IMG/VR virus record: IMGVR_UViG_3300029746_000001
Reading direction: 5' to 3' (one strand)
Origin: a virus
Lineage: Duplodnaviria; Heunggongvirae; Uroviricota; Caudoviricetes
Length of the DNA: 64,000 nt
The notes below the pieces were generated by a model that saw only the letters and a list, made by a program, of their open reading frames with translations, ran no database searches and was not told where the DNA came from. Shown here piece by piece: positions 21,095 to 29,371 of the stretch. The translations under genes were made by a program, and so were the position numbers. Numbering within the stretch: the stretch's first letter is position 1; the number at the start of each line of letters is the position of its first letter.

Positions 21095-21188
21095 CTACAA
21101 TATTATCCCATTGAAATTGACTCCCTTCCATTACAGGAGAGAAACAATTACCCATCACCATATTAACATTTTCAAATCTTCGTCTCAT
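21095..21188 (-). pseudogene. 5' part of a short MRRR-start ORF interrupted by the TIR-tnpB element
   Basis: MRRRFENVNMVMGNCFSPVMEGSQFQWDNIV runs into the element. Removing the element and one CTACA gives ...DNIVGVVDKVGD* (39 aa). Confidence 0.4.
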
Positions 21189-21197
21189 AACATTTAC

Positions 21198-21980
21198 TTA
21201 CGATTTATATTTTTTACCCCTAATTAACACAGTACCATCACCGCCGGTTCCTTCCGAGCCGCATCCGCCTCCTCCGTAACCACCACTTTTTCTGTCTCCT
21301 CTTCCGATTCCACATCCTTCATCATAATCGGATTCACCTCCCATACCACCATCTCTATTTCTATCAGCTCCACCACCTCCGGCATTTCTTTTACCCGTCG
21401 GTTCTCCAAAATCTCTGGTTGTATATCCTTGACCTTTTCCTCCTCCATATTTCGTTCCAGGTGGGTGATATATCCCATTACCGTCTGTTATTCCAGGGGC
21501 ATCAGATCCATCCGATCCAGCGTAAAACTCATCACCTGATTGATCTACAGATCCTCCACTTCCACCATTTCCTCCAGTATAAGGACCACCTGTTGAGTTT
21601 TCTCCGTTAAGAAGACCATTACCAGAAGGATTTCCACCATCTGCTCTGTAAGATGAGTTCATAAATTGAGAGAATCCTCCCTTCTCAGGATAGCCATAAT
21701 ACAGACCTTCTCCACCTTTTCCTACTATGATCTTAATTTCTTGACCTGGTGTTACAGATATTTGAGAACCTTGTTTTATTCCTATATTGTTTCTTTTGTA
21801 GGTCTTGGTATATCCACTTCCGGCGCCAGAACCGTTTCCACTTCCACCACCTCCACCAACAAGAAAAACATCCACCTCGGTACAACCACCAGGGACTACC
21901 CATGTGTAATTGCCGGCCGGATAAAACCTTATGATAAAGTCTTCAAGTTCCCTATTTTTTTGCAATAAACGACGTCTCAT
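21198..21980 (-). CDS. Glycine-rich domain protein, tail-fibre associated
   Basis: YTWVVPGGCTEVDVFLVGGGGGSG...GGDGTVLIR is the typical glycine-rich domain frame. Confidence 0.7.
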   Translation of the reverse strand: MRRRLLQKNRELEDFIIRFYPAGNYTWVVPGGCTEVDVFLVGGGGGSGNGSGAGSGYTKTYKRNNIGIKQGSQISVTPGQEIKIIVGKGGEGLYYGYPEKGGFSQFMNSSYRADGGNPSGNGLLNGENSTGGPYTGGNGGSGGSVDQSGDEFYAGSDGSDAPGITDGNGIYHPPGTKYGGGKGQGYTTRDFGEPTGKRNAGGGGADRNRDGGMGGESDYDEGCGIGRGDRKSGGYGGGGCGSEGTGGDGTVLIRGKKYKS

Positions 21981-22056
21981 AACATACTAAGGATTACCCC
22001 CCCCCCTATATATAATAACTTACTGTAAATCATATAATTATATTTAACATACATAA

Positions 22057-22518
22057 TCAAACAAATACAAAGAAAGAATCATTAGAATAAAGACTGGTAT
22101 CCTGCGCGTATGTCATACAATCAACATCCTCATCTGCGTTTTGTATAAGGTCACTCTTGCCGTCATAATTGTTAGAAAACATAAAAACATATTTTTTATT
22201 GTTTATCTGAAACCTATATATAATGCCATGTTGTTCACTTGGAGCAGGAGTTGGATTAAATTTGATAAATATAGCATTACTTCTCTTTTCTATAACCTCA
22301 AAAGAAACTGTACTCTGAGTATGAATGTTAAAACATGATCCTTGCCTAAGCTGATTCAAGACATTATTCACCTTATCTGGGCTAATTGTATCTGATTCAT
22401 CTTTACTCATTAAATCAAGTACCTCAAAACGATTATCATGATCGGTATCGATTTCAACACAATGATAAATAGCTCCATTACCAGATCTCTGTTCCTCAAA
22501 ATATCTTTTCCTACTCAT
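22057..22518 (-). CDS. Hypothetical protein
   Basis: 153-aa ORF, co-oriented with and overlapping the upstream gene. Confidence 0.6.
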   Translation of the reverse strand: MSRKRYFEEQRSGNGAIYHCVEIDTDHDNRFEVLDLMSKDESDTISPDKVNNVLNQLRQGSCFNIHTQSTVSFEVIEKRSNAIFIKFNPTPAPSEQHGIIYRFQINNKKYVFMFSNNYDGKSDLIQNADEDVDCMTYAQDTSLYSNDSFFVFV

Positions 22519-22972
22519 GATAATACTCCTTCCCGTAATATTTCAAGAAGCTAAATCCTTTCGACTCCTTCCTCAAAACATCATGCTTATTCCAATACTT
22601 TTCTAAGTCGAAAGCCTCTCTTTCAAATACGATATTGTGATATGCCTTATCGTGATTGCGATATATGCACAACCTAATCAGGTACTCAATTAAATACCAT
22701 GAATAGTATAAAAATATCGGAATAAGAGACAGCCACAACATCCACCACCCTACATTACCGAATAAGAGACACAATCCTATTGTAAGCAAAGACACGAACA
22801 TACCAAAATTAAATAACGTATGATACTGATTGCAATGTGCTTCCTCATGATATTCGGTTCTCAATGATACAGCATCGCCTTCGGTAAATACGGCTCCAAA
22901 CAGCATAATCGTTTTGTAGCCGTCAATGAACGTAAACAACTTAGCTATTTTTGATTTATAGTATATTTTCAT
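22511..22972 (-). CDS. Membrane protein with HExxH motif
   Basis: YHEEAHCNQY, two hydrophobic segments, and AYHNIVFEREA. Confidence 0.6.
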   Translation of the reverse strand: MKIYYKSKIAKLFTFIDGYKTIMLFGAVFTEGDAVSLRTEYHEEAHCNQYHTLFNFGMFVSLLTIGLCLLFGNVGWWMLWLSLIPIFLYYSWYLIEYLIRLCIYRNHDKAYHNIVFEREAFDLEKYWNKHDVLRKESKGFSFLKYYGKEYYHE

Positions 22973-24089
22973 TGTCAAAAATCATTTTATACCAATTGCA
23001 CAAAATCAAAAACTCAATAGGAGAATTAACTCCATCCCATTCCCATTTTTCAAGATAAGATTTTAACTTACTTTCATCAACATCTTTATAGTCTTTAAGA
23101 AAAACAAGATGCGGCATAAACAATTCTCCCCCTTCCAAAGACTTATTAAATTTCTTAATTAACCTCTTTTGGAATTTAGGACCATACCATGATTTTTCAT
23201 TTGTGGATCCAAGACAATAGTAAGAATTGTTCTTAACCTTAATACCGAACCATTTACATATGTATGGATGATATACCCTATCTGCTAAGAATATAAATGG
23301 CTTATACCATAGGCAGTGCCAGAATGTACTACACTTGCCACCAAACTTCTTAAACGCCCATCTGAACCCTCCAGAGAAGTACCAGTTGTTAGCACCTCTC
23401 TTAACCTTAACTTTGTATTTAAGATTCTTATTCCGGTTGCTAACCCTATCCCACGGCTTAACCTTATCGGTATCCATATCAGGAAGGAATGTCCAATGAT
23501 GAAGCAAGGCGCTGTAATAAGGATTGTATATCTTGTGTCCGTTTCTGATAACGTACTCAAACATATCGTATCCTACTTGCCCGGCTTCTTCAAATCCTTT
23601 TTCTGACAAGAAAGCTAATATAGGAGCCAGATTCCAGATCTGATCTTGTGAAGTGAATGGGGAGAAGCATGGATCTTCGTCTTTTAACTCTATACCATTA
23701 GTGTACCCGGAACTTATCTTGGTAAGACCGAATTTGCTTGCATCTTCGCTATGGATATCGTCTCTTAAGAAAAATCCTTTTTCGAATTTGAAATAAATAC
23801 CTTTGTTGTTATTAAAAAATAGATCATAAGTAGTATCGGCAAGACGGGTAAGCACCAGTATGGCATTACGAACATCATCTTCTGTCTTATTACCGAGAAT
23901 CATTTCCGTATATACAAACTGAAGGTACTGAGCCAGGTTGATGGTTCCGTCGCCGACCCAGCCTGCCCCGTTCTTCACCGACGACAGTGGGATGCACGAG
24001 GCCTGCTCTGTGTAGCTGGAATCATAAACAAAATCCCGGTAAAACACCTCCTTAATCCTACTGTATTTATCCCAAAGACCTTCCATCAC
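22956..24089 (-). CDS. Hypothetical protein
   Basis: 377-aa aromatic-rich ORF in the operon. Confidence 0.6.
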   Translation of the reverse strand: MMEGLWDKYSRIKEVFYRDFVYDSSYTEQASCIPLSSVKNGAGWVGDGTINLAQYLQFVYTEMILGNKTEDDVRNAILVLTRLADTTYDLFFNNNKGIYFKFEKGFFLRDDIHSEDASKFGLTKISSGYTNGIELKDEDPCFSPFTSQDQIWNLAPILAFLSEKGFEEAGQVGYDMFEYVIRNGHKIYNPYYSALLHHWTFLPDMDTDKVKPWDRVSNRNKNLKYKVKVKRGANNWYFSGGFRWAFKKFGGKCSTFWHCLWYKPFIFLADRVYHPYICKWFGIKVKNNSYYCLGSTNEKSWYGPKFQKRLIKKFNKSLEGGELFMPHLVFLKDYKDVDESKLKSYLEKWEWDGVNSPIEFLILCNWYKMIFDNENIL

Positions 24090-24090
24090 C

Positions 24091-24819
24091 TTAACCTATA
24101 ACAATAACACAATCACGCTTTTCCTTATTATAAACCATCGTACCCATCTTAGTGTACAAACCTTTTATATTTTGGTAATTGGTTTCACCATGAGCCGAAA
24201 CGTTAGTAGTAATGCTGTCGGAGTAAACTTCCGTACCTCCTTCATTAATGAAATTAAATCCTTGTTTAACCATCTCTCCTCCAAGGTAGGCTGTAAAAGA
24301 CACAACAACATTTCCTCGTCCTCTATTTCCATACCAATTACCATAGATGTCGGCATTGATATTAGGTTCTGACTCGTCCATACCTGGCGCTGACAACAAG
24401 GTCTTCATCTTAATAAGCGCTCCTTCAAGACCAGACTGCATGTTATCACCACCATAAATAAGGTAATCACCCACCTGTTGTTGGGTGGTAGCCCACTGCT
24501 TACTCCATCCCACAAACTTATTATCTACTTCTGATATGCCTGTATTTATAAAACCAGTTGCAGTATCAAAATCGGAACCGTCTTCTGATTCCCATCCGTA
24601 CCTAAGAACAAGATAATCGAACTCAGGAATTACAACGACCTGCTCGCCGGCAGCTTGTGTTATTGTGACGTTCTTACTCTCTCCACCAGCCGTTACCTTA
24701 GCTACGCCACGGCGATCTTCGGCTACCGGATTAGGTCCGGCTGTGAAGATGATGTTTGCCGGTCCTATGCCTCTCATTTTGTCGGCGGTTACTATTTCGC
24801 TTGCTTTAACCTCTAACAT
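24091..24819 (-). CDS. Structural protein with N-terminal BACON-like domain
   Basis: FTAGPNPVAEDRRGVAKVTAGGESKNVTITQAA resembles a BACON/Ig-like end motif. Confidence 0.55.
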   Translation of the reverse strand: MLEVKASEIVTADKMRGIGPANIIFTAGPNPVAEDRRGVAKVTAGGESKNVTITQAAGEQVVVIPEFDYLVLRYGWESEDGSDFDTATGFINTGISEVDNKFVGWSKQWATTQQQVGDYLIYGGDNMQSGLEGALIKMKTLLSAPGMDESEPNINADIYGNWYGNRGRGNVVVSFTAYLGGEMVKQGFNFINEGGTEVYSDSITTNVSAHGETNYQNIKGLYTKMGTMVYNKEKRDCVIVIG

Positions 24820-24984
24820 CTTATTTCATTTTAAATATTTCAAATACATATATCCAGCTCAACAAAAATACTACCGGGCAGTACATTGTCTCTACCAAAC
24901 TCGCATCTCCTTTAAATTGCCTGATTGACCAAACAATCATAGATGCAATAACGCCAGACAAGTATATAAATAAAACTACCTCAA

Positions 24985-25881
24985 TCATACCAATTTAAGT
25001 ATATTATCAATTACAGGATATGCCTTAGAATAAATCTCAAACTCGGCATGACGCCGCCTAAGAGGTTCGTACATGCCTTTTAATGTCATACCCATCATCT
25101 TAAGTTCGGTCTTAGCATTTTTCAGCTTAACCAAATCTTGCTGTGCATACAACTTAAACAAATCGGCTGCTCCTTGCGCTTCTCCATTATACATCAGTTC
25201 CTCAAAGAATCTCATCTTTACAAAATTATCCACATAATCCAATACCAGACCTTGAGGCGTGTCTGGTATAATTATATTAGATTCTCCGTCAAATGGAAGA
25301 GACCGGTACTGCATGTAAATAGGACCATCGAAATTAGCATACAAGAATCCGTTTACGATATTTATCTCATACGGACTATCCTTGATTACCTTATTCCGGC
25401 ATTTACTCAAACAAGAATCACGAAGCATAGGCTTAGCAAGACCTAACATTACCGGCCGGTCATAATAGCAACGAACTTCATGATCGCGATCATGAACATT
25501 GATATAAAATTTTTCAACTATCACCTTCTCGCATTCTTCTTTACAACATTCGTTGCACGAACACCATCTATAGCTTCTTTCGGTACGTTCTTTCCAAGCT
25601 ATTGTATTTTGAAGCTCTGGTATCACCTTATCACCTTCAGGCACCTCATATCCTTTAAAATCGCATTTGAAAGCCAGAATAAGATCAAAGTAATCACCAG
25701 GCATACGGGCCTGCCCTCGCTTGACATCCACTACCGCTTCTTTGCGCATAGTAATATCACCTCCAAACTTCTTCAGGGCAATTTCTACCCATTTGTAGAT
25801 GGACACCTCATCTATCAGATCACGCTTGTCAAATGATCTTAAAGACGATTTTAACTCTATGATATAATTTTCGACTGTCAT
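24985..25881 (-). CDS. Putative tail ring/tubular protein
   Basis: 298 aa with ARMPGDY and YEINIVNGFLYANFDGPIYMQYRSLPFD...IIPD, similar to crAss-like ring proteins. Confidence 0.55.
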   Translation of the reverse strand: MTVENYIIELKSSLRSFDKRDLIDEVSIYKWVEIALKKFGGDITMRKEAVVDVKRGQARMPGDYFDLILAFKCDFKGYEVPEGDKVIPELQNTIAWKERTERSYRWCSCNECCKEECEKVIVEKFYINVHDRDHEVRCYYDRPVMLGLAKPMLRDSCLSKCRNKVIKDSPYEINIVNGFLYANFDGPIYMQYRSLPFDGESNIIIPDTPQGLVLDYVDNFVKMRFFEELMYNGEAQGAADLFKLYAQQDLVKLKNAKTELKMMGMTLKGMYEPLRRRHAEFEIYSKAYPVIDNILKLV

Positions 25882-25964
25882 CTCTTAAAAAAAATGGAGG
25901 ACAGGAAACAAACCTGACCTCCACAAAGATATGAATAATATGTATAACATCCTATTTTGTGTTT

Positions 25965-26915
25965 TCAAAAGTTAGGATCTTCAAACTTACCATACTTCAA
26001 GAAAAGGCTCCTACACTTTTCCTTTATCCCCTTAAGTGTAGCCTCATATCCGGCTCCTGTCATGTAGATGGTTTGCTGATTAACTCTTTCCCCAGAATAC
26101 TTATCCACAAAATAAGATCGATAAACACCAAATTTGTTTTTAACAATGTCACTGTATAACTCCCATCTACCCTGCCCATTCCTGAACATGAACTTGACTT
26201 CCTCAAGAAACAAACGGAGATTCTTTTCGGCGATGATGATTCCATTCTGCTCAAGCTTCTTCGCCACATCTCTAATCAACCACATGTTTTCATGATCAAC
26301 TTTCTTGAACGACTCCGCAAACTCCACATCGGGACGCTGCTCTTCTATGGTCTTTATCGCCTGCTGTCTCTCCGCCTCTGCTTGCGCTCTCTCGGCTATG
26401 GCTCTATTTTTAGCATCAATCTCGTCAGCTAATGCTCTTAATGCAGATGGATAGTCTTTCGGTGTTATAGAATAGGAACCCGTTTTTCTTATAGAGGGGA
26501 GAACCTCGGATGTTACCCATCGTTTAAACTTCTTTGCCGATTCTAATTTTGATGACAAAACAAGAGAATATAACCCAGATTCATTAATTACACGTATGCT
26601 GTCTAACTCATTGATTTCCAATGGAGCCCAAAACGAGCCCCTCTGAAAATCAGACAGTTGCAAAAGAATGGTATCTTCTTCATCAACATGTCTTTTTATC
26701 GGATTTTTAGGCGTAGCATAGCCAAGTGATCGAGCTACATCTATAGCCACGAACCACACATCTCCATTTGGATCTACTATGGTTCTAATATCTCCAAATT
26801 CTGAATTTTTAAAGATTGTTACGCTCCCGTTTGTTTCCGTTTCGCTGGATTTTTGCGTCAAAATAATGTTACTGTTCTTCGCATTGTTTTGAAAATTGTT
26901 TACCTTTGTTCCCAT
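25965..26915 (-). CDS. BRO-N / antirepressor (ANT) protein
   Basis: FKNSEFGDIRT, WFVAIDVARSLGY, INESGLYSLVLSSKLESAKKFKRWVTSEVLPSIRKTGSY, and a C-terminal PDVEFAE...IRDVAKKL...TIYMTGAG. Confidence 0.9.
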   Translation of the reverse strand: MGTKVNNFQNNAKNSNIILTQKSSETETNGSVTIFKNSEFGDIRTIVDPNGDVWFVAIDVARSLGYATPKNPIKRHVDEEDTILLQLSDFQRGSFWAPLEINELDSIRVINESGLYSLVLSSKLESAKKFKRWVTSEVLPSIRKTGSYSITPKDYPSALRALADEIDAKNRAIAERAQAEAERQQAIKTIEEQRPDVEFAESFKKVDHENMWLIRDVAKKLEQNGIIIAEKNLRLFLEEVKFMFRNGQGRWELYSDIVKNKFGVYRSYFVDKYSGERVNQQTIYMTGAGYEATLKGIKEKCRSLFLKYGKFEDPNF

Positions 26916-27016
26916 AATAGGAATGATTTTTTTATATCCGCCAGCCTGAGAAGGTAGACGGATATAAAAAAGTAGCGATTATCCTATATCTACAAAGGGT
27001 GATCGCTACTTTTTTT

Positions 27017-27511
27017 CTATGACTTTCTATGTCCTAATTCTTTATCTTCGAAAACTCTCTTAATCTGGAAATCTTTAAACACCCTTCTTTTGGCAAGTAT
27101 TTCATTGTACATAAATCGGTATCTTCGTCCTTTATTCATTTTAACCCTTAACTTCTTTTTCAAGCTATCTTGTATTACAAAATGGTAATATCTTTTAGAG
27201 TCTGCGAAATCCATAGCCAGGTGGTTGTAGAGGTAGCCGTTGGTTCCGAGCCTGCTCACGATGTCCAGGTCCCGCCTGACGGCAAAGCGCTGCCCCGGTA
27301 TAAGTACATGGCATAAGTATCCTACGTTATCTACGTAAACACCGGCATCAGCTTCCACATAATGTTCTGATACGGTTTTCCATATAATAGACAACAGCCT
27401 TAAAACCTCCCCTCTGTCTCTTATCATGCCTTTCTTAAAACCATTCTTTCTCTTCATAAGACGATGGTAGTAAGCTGCAAAATACGGTGATTGTATTGAT
27501 GTTCTTTTCAT
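27017..27511 (-). CDS. Basic hypothetical protein, possibly HU/IHF-like
   Basis: 164-aa basic ORF between ring-like genes; GVYVDNVGYL segment. Confidence 0.45.
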   Translation of the reverse strand: MKRTSIQSPYFAAYYHRLMKRKNGFKKGMIRDRGEVLRLLSIIWKTVSEHYVEADAGVYVDNVGYLCHVLIPGQRFAVRRDLDIVSRLGTNGYLYNHLAMDFADSKRYYHFVIQDSLKKKLRVKMNKGRRYRFMYNEILAKRRVFKDFQIKRVFEDKELGHRKS

Positions 27512-27581
27512 GTCACTAAGTTATATAAAAATGGGTCTTGGTTTCACAACTAAGACCCAAATAAAGATAAATAATATTTTG

Positions 27582-28286
27582 TTATTGAACAATTTGACTT
27601 TTCTGATTGGAATCAAGATTCGGATTTTCATCGACAGGAATCTGTAGCCTGAACGCTACTTCCTTTATCGTCTCTGCCACTACATATTCGATCAATTTAA
27701 TAGGGCAAATAAATTCGTATTCCCATTCAGACTCACACCCTTTAGGTGTAGGATCGCAGGCCATTAACTCCAGCGCCTTCTTTCTTCTTGTTGTAAAGAA
27801 CTCTACGTTAATAAGCTCTATATGAAAATCCGGTATATAAATATAGTCGTTTTCTACATAATAAAAAGGACGCCGTTCTTTAACGTATTTAGCATACGGT
27901 CTTTTTTGTTCATTACGATACGACTTTATTTCAGCGAACTTAAAAAATATGGTGTTATCTACGTTAGTCACCTTGGTAATAGCCGGTCTAAGGGCAGAAT
28001 AAAGGAGTCCTGGAAGTTTATGCTTTGACCGCATAAGTGTATTACATAACGCAAATTCGGCATCGCAGCAAACTATTTTATCAACTTCAATCATCTCCAG
28101 GCAAGTAACGTAAGTTAGGAGCCGGTGGTCGCCAAGTAACGTCCCGTCATCCCACCTCTGGGCTGTATAAGATTCGGCTTTAGTTCTACCGATATTCAAT
28201 ATCCATCTCCGACTAACATGCGAATCTTTGTCAAGGGCATGAATACCGTTTACGACTCTTGATACAAATTCACCATTAGTGATCAT
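27582..28286 (-). CDS. Putative tail ring/tubular protein
   Basis: LMRSKHKLP, FYYVENDYIYI and EFICPIKL motifs, in the structural context. Confidence 0.55.
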   Translation of the reverse strand: MITNGEFVSRVVNGIHALDKDSHVSRRWILNIGRTKAESYTAQRWDDGTLLGDHRLLTYVTCLEMIEVDKIVCCDAEFALCNTLMRSKHKLPGLLYSALRPAITKVTNVDNTIFFKFAEIKSYRNEQKRPYAKYVKERRPFYYVENDYIYIPDFHIELINVEFFTTRRKKALELMACDPTPKGCESEWEYEFICPIKLIEYVVAETIKEVAFRLQIPVDENPNLDSNQKSQIVQ

Positions 28287-28672
28287 GCTCCCCTCCTTTC
28301 TTTTGCTCTTGATTCTCTTGATTTAGCATTCAAGATCCTCATATAAATATCTCTTTCACTCATGCCGGATATGGTTTTTATAGCCTCATCCAACATAACT
28401 TTCGTATATAAAGGTTTAGGGAATCCCTTTATCTTAACCAGATCAGGAACTAACTTCGCCTTCCGATATTCATAAAATCTTTTAGAAGTTACATTAAGAT
28501 AAGAAACAGCCTCTTCTCCGGTATAGTACTTAGCCGGATTAGCAAGCTGCGTCCATGTCTCAAGATCGTTGGCTGTGAGATGATCGCATTCCCCGCTTAA
28601 AAACATCTCCTTTATCTTATCGCATACCGCCGCACCGCTTTTACGCAGCGTCTCTGTCAGAATTTCTTTCAT
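28283..28672 (-). CDS. Small HTH-like DNA-binding protein
   Basis: YTGEEAVSYLNVTSKRFYEYRKAKLVP is an excisionase-like HTH pattern. Confidence 0.55.
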   Translation of the reverse strand: MKEILTETLRKSGAAVCDKIKEMFLSGECDHLTANDLETWTQLANPAKYYTGEEAVSYLNVTSKRFYEYRKAKLVPDLVKIKGFPKPLYTKVMLDEAIKTISGMSERDIYMRILNAKSRESRAKERRGA

Positions 28673-29057
28673 TTTCAAAACATCCTGTTTTAAATCTTAA
28701 AACAATAGAGGCAATGATTATCAAAAGAGTAACAGCCATAACAGACCACACTACGATATTGTGTTCAATAGGCATCTCAATATTAACCGTAACCCATTCT
28801 ACACAGATATTAAAAATCATGCTATAGATCAATAACCTATGCCATATACAAAACCTGAACATTCTTGAAAAAGCCAAGAGAAATAGGTCCCATGATAGAG
28901 GATGACCTAATATCGGATACAGCCAATTAGTGATACTAAAAGGATAAAACTCATCAAAAATGCTGGCTAACATAATAACCTGCATCAACACAGGATAATA
29001 CTTCACAAACGTCACACAGACATTCCTTTGCCCTTTACTAATAAAATTGTTGCTCAT
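28641..29057 (-). CDS. Membrane protein
   Basis: 138 aa with three to four hydrophobic segments. Confidence 0.6.
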   Translation of the reverse strand: MSNNFISKGQRNVCVTFVKYYPVLMQVIMLASIFDEFYPFSITNWLYPILGHPLSWDLFLLAFSRMFRFCIWHRLLIYSMIFNICVEWVTVNIEMPIEHNIVVWSVMAVTLLIIIASIVLRFKTGCFENERNSDRDAA

Positions 29058-29119
29058 AATATGTTGTTGTTATGTTACTAAAATGGGGAAGGCGATCAGC
29101 ACCTTCCCCTGGTTTTCAA

Positions 29120-29242
29120 TCACTTTTTAGTGCTCGTCTTCTTTCTTTTCATCTCGCCTCCAACACTACCGCCTTGGCGCATTTTAGGTTTGTCTTTCTT
29201 ATCGACTTCACCACCCTGACGAGCTTTCTTTTTACAAGCCAT
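29120..29242 (-). CDS. 40-aa basic peptide with two RQGG motifs (below the ORF-track cutoff)
   Basis: MACKKKARQGGEVDKKDKPKMRQGGSVGGEMKRKKTSTKK*, followed by a hairpin (ggggaagg/ccttcccc, about 29085-29109). Confidence 0.6.
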   Translation of the reverse strand: MACKKKARQGGEVDKKDKPKMRQGGSVGGEMKRKKTSTKK

Positions 29243-29371
29243 GATACTAAAAATTTAAAATTGAATGATGTGCAATATTAATCATTTTTATTCTAATAGA
29301 CAATACTTAAAACACAATATTATAATCTAAAATATTCAAGGGGAGAGAACTAAATTCCCTCCCCTTGCTAA

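Noticed and set aside
26929..27016. Tandem long-loop hairpins upstream of the BRO gene as a novel ncRNA
   Set aside because: Both are flanked by A/T runs and are adequately explained as intrinsic terminators or attenuators.
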